Source of the DNA: Hyphomicrobium sp.
GTDB taxonomy: Bacteria > Pseudomonadota > Alphaproteobacteria > Rhizobiales > Hyphomicrobiaceae
DNA: 64,000 nucleotides
Reading direction: 5' to 3'
NCBI GenBank assembly: GCA_022844105.1
Contig: JALHMJ010000011.1
Location: 35,737-99,736 of the forward strand
Below are positions 40,153 to 49,191 of the stretch, in pieces (within the stretch, counting starts at the first letter, position 1; every line of letters starts with the position of its first letter). A program made the position numbers and the translations under genes. The notes under the pieces are model-generated. The model worked only from the letters and a program-made list of their open reading frames with translations. It did not search any database and was not told where the DNA came from.

Positions 40153-42027
40153 TTGAATTCGGCATTGAAAGTGGCGAGGCACACCGTCTCCATAACGCTG
40201 ATCATGTCCCTCGTGGCGAGCACGGGGGCTCCGGCCCTCGCCGCGTCGCCTTCCTCCGGCAACTATGCGGCGTGCCAGACAACGAGCGAAGCCGATTTCC
40301 GCAAGGCCGTCCTCGATATCACCAGCACGAGCCTGTCACGCGGCACATCCAACATCGACTACCGAGCCGCTGTTACCGACGAATGGCGGCGCCTGGACGT
40401 AGGTCACACCATCGACACCGAAGTCGATAAAGCCTTTGCCACCGTCAAGGACGAGCAGAGCTGGGGTAGTCTGCTGCAATCACTCGGCAGCGAAGACAAG
40501 GCGCGCGAACTCACCGTGGCTCTGACCGAGCGCGTCTACCGCTCGCCCGCGATGAAAACGGCGATCGAAGAGCTGGCCACCGGAGTGGGCCGCAGCATTG
40601 GCAGCCGCATCGAGATTGCAACGTCGGATGCGGCGGGCCCCGCGATCGAATGCATGAAGGCCTTCCTCGGTCCACGGTATGGGTCCACGGTCGCCGGTGT
40701 CGTGACCGGCACGGCGGGCAAGGAATTCGAAGTCGGCGCGAATACAGCCGGTGGCGATGTGACCGCCGGCGGCGTCCTTAATCAGACCGCCGGCGGCATC
40801 ACCGGCGCGGCCATTCTGGTCATGCGCCGCCAGCTTGCCAACATGGCCGGCCGCCTTGGCCAACGCCTCGTCGGCAGCGTGCTGTCCCGGCTGGTGTCCG
40901 TCGTTGCCGGCGGAGTGGGCCTCGTGCTCATCGCCAAGGATGTCTGGGATTTGCGCTACGGCGTACTCCCGATCATCGCCACGGAACTGAAGTCGGCCGA
41001 AAGTAAGGAAAAGGTCCAGGACGAACTCGCCACATCGATCTCCGATCAGATCCGCGACCACGTGGCCGAGATTGCCCGCCACGCCTCTGACCGCATCGTC
41101 GACATCTGGAAAGAATACCGCGCCGCCCATGCTTTGGTTCTGGACCTCGCCGAGCGCCAGCCCGAGTTTCGCGGGTTTCTCGATCGCGTCCGCCCCGACG
41201 TTCTGCCGCGCGTCGACGAAGTAACGGCACTCTTGCTTCCCGCCGAAGGCGAGGCCGGCGTAATGCGCCGCCTGTCGGATGGCACCCTGGATCAGGCCGT
41301 CAACAAACTGCCTGAGCCGGCCATGGAGATCGCGCGCCAGACCCGTTCACTGGAAACGGCGCTGGCGTGGAGTGCGGTCGCTGGGGTCCAAATCGATAAG
41401 GTGTTGGAGCATGACATTTTTCAGCGTGCCAAGCCTGCGGATTTCACGGCTCGATCGCTGGAACAGATTGTGTCGCTCGATGACCCGCTGGCTATCAAAC
41501 GCCTAGCCGCCGTCCCGCCGCAAACCCGCGATGCCCTCTTCGACCTCGATCCGAAAATCCTGACCACTGTCGCGCGCAGCCTCGACGCGGCGGAACTGAC
41601 AATTTTTAGCGGGTACCTGACGGGTCTATCGTCACAAACGCGCCAGCAGTTGCTCGACAAGGTGGCGACCGATCCGACGTCGATCAAAATCCTGACCCGC
41701 CCGCGTGTGCGCGCCGCCGTGCTCGCAAGCCGCGATCAGGCCGCGGCTTTGGAAATTCTCCTCAGAAACAGCCAGGGCGACACACCGCAAATGCTCCAGA
41801 ACGATGTTCGCCTGGCGTGGCAGGGTGACATCGCCCCAGAAATCCTGTGGCATCGCCACCCGATTCTGGTCGTTCTCAGTGGTTTCGCGGCCCTCCTCCT
41901 GCTTCTGCTCTTGCGGCGCATTTTTCGCGGTAGCGGCCCCCGCGCCGGTTCCGGTCCATGCCGCCGATCTGAGGCCGGCCCCACATCTGCATCCGCCCCG
42001 CCCTCACCTAAACCTGTCGAGAGTTGA
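40153..42027 (+). CDS. Hypothetical secreted/membrane-anchored protein (624 aa), no recognised family
   Basis: Signal peptide ...GAPALAAS, an internal hydrophobic segment, C-terminal TM helix ILVVLSGFAALLLLLLL followed by a basic/Pro tail. Consistent high-GC3 frame. Confidence 0.6.
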   Translation: MNSALKVARHTVSITLIMSLVASTGAPALAASPSSGNYAACQTTSEADFRKAVLDITSTSLSRGTSNIDYRAAVTDEWRRLDVGHTIDTEVDKAFATVKDEQSWGSLLQSLGSEDKARELTVALTERVYRSPAMKTAIEELATGVGRSIGSRIEIATSDAAGPAIECMKAFLGPRYGSTVAGVVTGTAGKEFEVGANTAGGDVTAGGVLNQTAGGITGAAILVMRRQLANMAGRLGQRLVGSVLSRLVSVVAGGVGLVLIAKDVWDLRYGVLPIIATELKSAESKEKVQDELATSISDQIRDHVAEIARHASDRIVDIWKEYRAAHALVLDLAERQPEFRGFLDRVRPDVLPRVDEVTALLLPAEGEAGVMRRLSDGTLDQAVNKLPEPAMEIARQTRSLETALAWSAVAGVQIDKVLEHDIFQRAKPADFTARSLEQIVSLDDPLAIKRLAAVPPQTRDALFDLDPKILTTVARSLDAAELTIFSGYLTGLSSQTRQQLLDKVATDPTSIKILTRPRVRAAVLASRDQAAALEILLRNSQGDTPQMLQNDVRLAWQGDIAPEILWHRHPILVVLSGFAALLLLLLLRRIFRGSGPRAGSGPCRRSEAGPTSASAPPSPKPVES

Positions 42028-42180
42028 TCCGGCGGCGCGATCCCCACGGCCCTGACGGTCGACCGACATTCTTTTTACGCACAGTGTTGTTGCCGCGCCC
42101 GTGTCAGCGCCCGACCTGTCCTGCTATAAGCGCTGCAGCATTGGGCCAGCATTAGGAATGAGCGGCCGTGGGGGAATCGC

Positions 42181-42402
42181 ATGGCGAAGGCGATGAAAAT
42201 CCGGACGCAAGGGGAGACGAAAATGGGATTGAAGGCACCGGGCATCTTGACGTTCATGATCTCCGTGATCCTGACGGTTGCCGTCCTTTTCACGATTTTC
42301 TTCAAAGCCGAGGTTCCCGGATTGTCGGGAGATAATGGCTTTTGGGCACTCTTGCTGGCCCAGCTTGTTCTCATTCTAGGCTGCACGATGCGCGGCCTCT
42401 GA
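42181..42402 (+). CDS. Small two-TM membrane protein
   Basis: GILTFMISVILTVAVLFTIFF and FWALLLAQLVLILGC helices. The start may be the internal MGLKAP. Confidence 0.5.
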   Translation: MAKAMKIRTQGETKMGLKAPGILTFMISVILTVAVLFTIFFKAEVPGLSGDNGFWALLLAQLVLILGCTMRGL

Positions 42403-42570
42403 CGACCGGGTGTCCAGCCGATTGGCTTGCGTTCGACGGTCACACCAGGGCCGGCAGGATAGGCGCGGCCACTCCACGCAGTTGCGATCAATCAAGGTCA
42501 TCTGTGCGCAACTGACGCGCGACATGCAGGTGTCTGGCGAGCCGCGTTTCGCAGCGCCACTATCGTTCCC

Positions 42571-42750
42571 ATGAAGACACGGATCGAAATTTCCAGTTCG
42601 TCCCACCGCGCCCGCCGGGTTACGGGGGAAATCATTCTGGCCAGCGCCATTACGCTGGCAGCGATCTTCGTCTTTGCCCTGTCCCGGAACGAAACCGAGT
42701 ACGCCTCGGCGCCACCGGCTGACAACACAGCCATACCCGCACAGCAATAG
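42571..42750 (+). CDS. Small single-pass membrane protein (59 aa, below the ORF-track cutoff)
   Basis: Own translation: MKTRIEISSSSHRARRVTGEIILASAITLAAIFVFALSRNETEYASAPPADNTAIPAQQ. One clear TM helix and good GC3. Competes with an antisense 78-aa ORF. Confidence 0.4.
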   Translation: MKTRIEISSSSHRARRVTGEIILASAITLAAIFVFALSRNETEYASAPPADNTAIPAQQ

Positions 42751-42762
42751 ACGGTCTCTGCC

Positions 42763-44688
42763 CTAAGTCATGGCCCGCGCGACGAGCAATCCGCGCACTG
42801 AATTGCCCAGATAGACTGTCTTCGCCGCGACGAGATCCTGCAGCGTGAGTATCCCTTCCACCGCGCGCCCGGTCGCGAGCAGTTCAGCCCGCAGCACGCC
42901 CGGCAGCAACCCAGCGGGCAGGGGTGGCGTAACGAGTTGGCCATCCCCCCGGTCGACGAAAATGTTTGTCCGGCTACCCTCGGCCAGCTGGCCATGCTCG
43001 TTGAGGTAAATGACTTCGTCGGCGCCCATCGTGTCGGAGTAGTGCTTCCACTCCTGATCGTAGAGTTCGCGTCGCGTCGTTTTGTGGAACAAGAAAGCGT
43101 CGGCGCTGTCCAGACGCGTCGGCGAAACCACATAGTGCATCACGGCATCCGGCCGCGCCGCGGGCAATGGAGCCGACGCTACTGTGACGCGGCCATCTTC
43201 CGCCAGCAACAGTCGCACGCGCAGCCGCGGCTGATCACGACCTGCCGTGGCGACCTCGCGCTCAAGCGCGGTTCGCGCCGCCGCCTCATCGAGTTTGAAT
43301 GAAAAATACTGTGCCGACGCCCCTAGCCGCTCAAAATGCCGGTCTGCGAGCCAGAATCCGCCGTCCTGCTCCCAAAGCAATGTCTCGATCAGCTCGAACG
43401 TCTTCGGCGGATCGGTCAGAAACTTCATCTTGAGCAGGCATTCATCGTACTCTTTACCCCCGACGCTGTCATAGACGACGCCCGAGCCAATCCCCATTTC
43501 GCCCGAGCCGTCGCGGAATATGATCGGCGACCGGATAGCGACATTGAACAACGCCTCACCATCCGGCGACAATGAGCCGATGGCGCCGCAATAAACGCCG
43601 CGGGGTTCCGTTTCATAATCGGCGATCAGTTCCTGGGCGCGAATCTTCGGCGCTCCGACGACCGAACCCGGCGGGAAGATCGCCCGCCACAAGTCGATCA
43701 GCGTAACACCCTCAAGCAGTATTGCCCGCACACCGGACGTCATCTGGTGCAGCGTTCGATAGGTCTCGACCGTAAAGAGGTCGGTCACGTGCACACTCCC
43801 GATCTGCGAAATCCGCCCGATATCGTTGCGCATAAGGTCGACGATCATCAGGTTCTCGGCCCGCTGCTTTACATCACTCGAAAGCACATGCCTTGCGGTG
43901 GCATCCGCTTCCGGCGTGCCGCCGCGTGGCGAGGTCCCTTTCATGGGCCGCGTCTCGATCGTGCGACCCATCATTTCGACGAACAATTCCGGACTGGCCG
44001 TCAGCACCGTCACTTCGCCGGTATCCACGATGCCGCCATAGGCCACGCGCTGCCGCTGCCTGAGATCGCGGTAAAAAGTCAGCGGTGATCCCGACAGCCG
44101 GAACCGGGCCTTGAACGTCAAGTTGAGCTGGTAAATATCGCCGGCGCGGATCTTCTCCTGCACCTTTTCGAACCGCGCGATGTATTCATCCTTCGTCCAG
44201 GCGCGCGTGACATTGCTGAACTGATAGCTGCCGCTTTTCGTGTGCGTCGTCAGCCAGCGATCCACCTCCGCTTCCGACAGCAGTTGTGGCGCATCGTAAA
44301 GCCCAAACCACAGCAGTGGCACGTGCCGTTCGGCCGGCAGTAGCGCGGCCAGCTTAGGCTCCAGAACATAGCCAAGCTCGAATGAAAAGAACCCCGCCGC
44401 ATGCAGGCCGGCCGCGCGTCCTTTTTCCAGCCGCGCGAATGCTTCCGTCACCTCTTCGGGCGTCTCAGCGGTGATGATCTCCTTCGGCGCCGTGAAGAGT
44501 TGCGAAGGTGGCCCCCGCCCCGAGCTGTTGTCGAGGAGTACGAACGCCTCCTCAAGCCGCACATGAGCCGGCGTCGGCCGAACCCCGTTGCGTGCGCCCG
44601 GTTCGTCTTTATTCATCTGTCTTCGTCCCGAATGCTCCGGCCATGGGGCAACCCTCGCGCCCGTCTTCAGTACGGGCATTGGCGCCAT
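42763..44688 (-). CDS. pabB: Aminodeoxychorismate synthase component I fused to aminodeoxychorismate lyase (PabB-PabC)
   Basis: Chorismate-binding domain (GDIYQLNLT, PMKGT, GSVVGAPKIRAQELI, RGVYCGAIG) followed by a class IV aminotransferase-fold domain (FELIETLLW...HFERL...LPGVLR). Start may be MNKDE at 44616. Confidence 0.88.
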   Translation of the reverse strand: MAPMPVLKTGARVAPWPEHSGRRQMNKDEPGARNGVRPTPAHVRLEEAFVLLDNSSGRGPPSQLFTAPKEIITAETPEEVTEAFARLEKGRAAGLHAAGFFSFELGYVLEPKLAALLPAERHVPLLWFGLYDAPQLLSEAEVDRWLTTHTKSGSYQFSNVTRAWTKDEYIARFEKVQEKIRAGDIYQLNLTFKARFRLSGSPLTFYRDLRQRQRVAYGGIVDTGEVTVLTASPELFVEMMGRTIETRPMKGTSPRGGTPEADATARHVLSSDVKQRAENLMIVDLMRNDIGRISQIGSVHVTDLFTVETYRTLHQMTSGVRAILLEGVTLIDLWRAIFPPGSVVGAPKIRAQELIADYETEPRGVYCGAIGSLSPDGEALFNVAIRSPIIFRDGSGEMGIGSGVVYDSVGGKEYDECLLKMKFLTDPPKTFELIETLLWEQDGGFWLADRHFERLGASAQYFSFKLDEAAARTALEREVATAGRDQPRLRVRLLLAEDGRVTVASAPLPAARPDAVMHYVVSPTRLDSADAFLFHKTTRRELYDQEWKHYSDTMGADEVIYLNEHGQLAEGSRTNIFVDRGDGQLVTPPLPAGLLPGVLRAELLATGRAVEGILTLQDLVAAKTVYLGNSVRGLLVARAMT

Positions 44689-44996
44689 TGGTTCGGCCGT
44701 CGGGCCGTGTTCTAGCGCAGGCCGTGACTGCCGGAAAGCCGCGTTCGAGGGTGTCGACCCCGATCAACCGGCCAAGGATCATCGGGAGCAGCGGACAGAG
44801 GGCTCAACTGTCGCGGCCCAACGGCAACCACCTGTGCACACCGGACTTCACACGGCCAAAAAACATGCTATAGACCCCCCACAAGCCGCCCACCTGGGCG
44901 GCTTTTGCATCGGCAGTGGCGATCGGGGCCACGCCGTTATCTCCGAGCGAACAGGATCTTTCGCAAGATCGCGTCTCGTTTCGGCTCCGTCGGTGA

Positions 44997-46787
<1,791 letters not shown>

Positions 46788-46799
46788 GGCTTGTCTTCT

Positions 46800-46973
46800 C
46801 TATTCGTTGTCGTTGGCGGCCTCCTGCGCCTTTACCAAGGCGGCATAGTCCTTCTCAGCTGCTTGCCGTGCGAGAAGCCTTACAATCGCGATCAAGGTGG
46901 CATCAGCACGGCTCTCGGGCTTTTGCCGAGCCGTTGGCCGATCCTGTGATTTGCGCGTAGCGTCTCGCGGCAT
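46800..46973 (-). CDS. 57-aa ORF immediately upstream of the recombinase (below the ORF-track cutoff)
   Basis: Own translation: MPRDATRKSQDRPTARQKPESRADATLIAIVRLLARQAAEKDYAALVKAQEAANDNE. GGGAGA SD 6 nt before the ATG. The stop lies 12 nt before the recombinase ATG. Confidence 0.5.
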   Translation of the reverse strand: MPRDATRKSQDRPTARQKPESRADATLIAIVRLLARQAAEKDYAALVKAQEAANDNE

Positions 46974-46986
46974 TCAGATATCTCCC

Positions 46987-47015
46987 ATTCTAGTGTTCGC
47001 AGGAGAACAAAGCAA
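46987..47015 (-). promoter_or_regulatory. Candidate sigma70 promoter for the small ORF-recombinase unit
   Basis: On the minus strand: TTGCTT - 17 nt - TAGAAT, 13 nt upstream of the small-ORF ATG. The spacer contains the inverted repeat GTTC-n6-GAAC. Confidence 0.4.
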
Positions 47016-47609
47016 GATTTCCAAGCGGCAGAACGCAAATAAATCAATATAATTCAATGCGCTATTGGCTCGGGTCGCATAGCTTTGTTCCAGTATTTTC
47101 CAGAATACCAAGCGAGGGCAGCAAGCTTGGGTGAAAGAGCCCAAAAGCCCGAGCGCATCCCATAGCGTCGGACAGCGTGTTTGCGTCCGGGATGGAAGCC
47201 GCAAGGCCGAGACCGGCCCGCAGCCGGGCTCGGTTCACGACAGCCCAGTCCCGGCAATCGGCCGGGAGACGCCCGGTGCTCTGAAGAATTCCAGTCAATT
47301 GTCCAAGCGTTCGTAGTGCTGGTTTTCGGAGCCTGCCTGTCGCGCCGCATCAAGGCCACCGGAGTGGCGGCGGTGTCATACCCCCAAAGCGCAGCGCAGC
47401 GGGGTTGACACGGCAAGCCGCCCGAAGGTGGCAGGATGCGAGAGCGATAGGGGCCGAAGGCCCGCACGAAGCAAGGGGCTGGTTTTAGGTGGGTCTTGGA
47501 GCGGAAGTTTAGAATAGCAGCGAGGTTGTGGACTTCTCATGCGGGACCCTTGCAACAGAATACACAATGTAGCCACAATAGCTCCATCGTCGATTCGTGG
47601 AGTGGCAAG

Positions 47610-47825
47610 ATGCAAACTATATCTGCCCGCGAGGCCAAGAATGGATTTGGGCGCTTGATGGATATGGCCCGTGCCGAGCCCGTTACTATTGAGAAGCACG
47701 GCCGAGGGGTTGTCGTCGTATTGGCGATCGAAGAATATGAAAGGCTAAAAGAAAGAAAAGGAACAATGACTAGCGAAGGAGCAATGAACCGTGCAGGGAC
47801 GAAAGAGAAAACCAAAATCAAATAG
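47610..47825 (+). CDS. Phd/YefM family antitoxin-like protein with no adjacent toxin gene
   Basis: MQTISAREAKNGFGRLMDMARAEPVTIEKHGRGVVVVLAIEEYERLK is the Phd/YefM N-terminal fold signature. GGAG SD 7 nt upstream of the ATG. Confidence 0.8.
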   Translation: MQTISAREAKNGFGRLMDMARAEPVTIEKHGRGVVVVLAIEEYERLKERKGTMTSEGAMNRAGTKEKTKIK

Positions 47826-48576
47826 AGAAGTCTCTATTATTGCTCCTCGTCTTACGGCAAAGACTGCAGTGAAAGCTTCCGGCGGCATATCTCGCAGCAA
47901 GTCCATAACAGCTGTGAGAAATCAGGCTAACGTCGAAGACTTTAGTCATAAAGGAACCTTGCTCTCCGGCTCTTCAACGTCCTATCGCATGTCCTTCTCC
48001 ACTGGTGGACTCTTCGTGACTGAGAGCGTCGCGCTGGCGAAGCTATACCAAGCGAAACTTGACTGGGAAGAAGTGAAGGACTTTGCCAACGACCAAAAGG
48101 TCCTCGGCTTCCGGACACAAAGCTCTTCAAAGAGGACTGTGCGGGAGCTTATAGCTCGCTTGCAGAAACTCTCCAATGCTGAGCTGGAGCTTTTGTCAGA
48201 AGCAAATAAAGAGGAGCAAGCACTGCTCCTTTGGTTGGCTGTATGCCGAACCTATCTCTTCGTCGCGCAATTTGCGATTGAGGTCCTGCAGGAGCACTTT
48301 CTGTCGCTCCGCATGGCCGTGGCTCATGACGACTTCGATAAATTCTATGATGCCAAAGCCGAGTGGAATGATGCTCTCGCACAGATCAGCCCGTCAACGC
48401 GAGCAAAGCTTCGGCAAGTCCTATTTCGCATGATGCGCGAGTCCGGAATTCTCTCGAAAGACGGAACGCTTCATCCGATCTTTTTGCCTCCAGCGATCAA
48501 AATCAGCATCGCCAGCCACGACCCAGACGGCCTGTCCTATTTTCCCGGGCCCAAAACAGACCGTGGAGTTCGATAA
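47791..48576 (+). CDS. brxA: BREX protein BrxA (DUF1819); N-terminal extent uncertain
   Basis: First gene of the BREX-1 order. DUF1819-like helical protein (SFSTGGLFVTES..., LLWLAVCRTYLFVAQF). GTG 47791 is preceded by GAAGGAG at a 9-nt spacing. Alternative starts are 47914 (GTG) and 47989 (ATG). Confidence 0.8.
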   Translation: MQGRKRKPKSNREVSIIAPRLTAKTAVKASGGISRSKSITAVRNQANVEDFSHKGTLLSGSSTSYRMSFSTGGLFVTESVALAKLYQAKLDWEEVKDFANDQKVLGFRTQSSSKRTVRELIARLQKLSNAELELLSEANKEEQALLLWLAVCRTYLFVAQFAIEVLQEHFLSLRMAVAHDDFDKFYDAKAEWNDALAQISPSTRAKLRQVLFRMMRESGILSKDGTLHPIFLPPAIKISIASHDPDGLSYFPGPKTDRGVR

Positions 48577-49187
48577 TGGCGCCGGCTCCAGCAGAATCCA
48601 CTCCCAAGCGCCGCTTCGACCATCTAGTCAAGGTCATATCGAGTGAGCGCTTTCTCTCCATGCGAGGGCTCGGCAAAGAGCTTCCCTTTTTCATCTGCCC
48701 TTTTCCAGCTGAAGACGCTGTTGAGATGCGCCGGCAGCAATCGCAGCTCATCAACCAACTCAGCAACCGCGGCCTGTCTGTCCTCCAGCTCGATCTGTAC
48801 GACTTAGCAATAGAAATGCTGACGGAGCGTGGCATCTGGACCGAAGTCTTGGCAACGGAAGCAGGAGTTGCAAAAGAAGAATTGAAGGACCTACTACAGG
48901 GTGTTCTGGACCCCGAGAAACATCTGGTGCCGCTCATCGGCCAAAAAATCGCATCTGGTAGGTTTGACGTTCTGATCATATCGGGAGTCGGAGAGGTCTT
49001 TCCATTTATTCGCTCCCACAACGTGCTGAACAATCTTCAGCGCGTAGCTGGCCGTCTCCCTACCGTGATGTTTTTCCCTGGCACCTACACGCACGGGCTC
49101 GCCACTGGAGCATCTCTCGACCTTTTCGGTCGGCTCCACGACGACAAGTATTACCGGGCCTTCAACATCTTCCACTATGAGGTCTAG
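48576..49187 (+). CDS. brxB: BREX protein BrxB (DUF1788)
   Basis: Second position in the operon. RFDHLVKVISSERFLSMRGLGKELPFFICPFP is DUF1788-like. TAATG overlap with brxA. Confidence 0.85.
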   Translation: MAPAPAESTPKRRFDHLVKVISSERFLSMRGLGKELPFFICPFPAEDAVEMRRQQSQLINQLSNRGLSVLQLDLYDLAIEMLTERGIWTEVLATEAGVAKEELKDLLQGVLDPEKHLVPLIGQKIASGRFDVLIISGVGEVFPFIRSHNVLNNLQRVAGRLPTVMFFPGTYTHGLATGASLDLFGRLHDDKYYRAFNIFHYEV

Positions 49188-49191
49188 CGAT

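Noticed and set aside
42498-42734. 78-aa minus-strand ORF downstream of pabBC (and the 123-aa ORF at 42376-42747)
   Set aside because: The plus-strand 59-aa ORF with a clean TM helix fits the same DNA better. The minus-strand products are Arg/Ala-rich with no features.
47054-47467. 137-aa minus-strand ORF, and overlapping 75-78 aa ORFs, in the island non-coding stretch
   Set aside because: They are Arg/Pro/Gly/Ser-rich with no SD and no recognisable fold signature. The region is treated as non-coding and flagged as a finding instead.
47826-47988. Search for a toxin partner of the Phd-like gene
   Set aside because: There is no separate ORF with RelE/ParE/Doc/VapC/HipA-like features on either strand. 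This stretch is only the 5' part of the long brxA frame.
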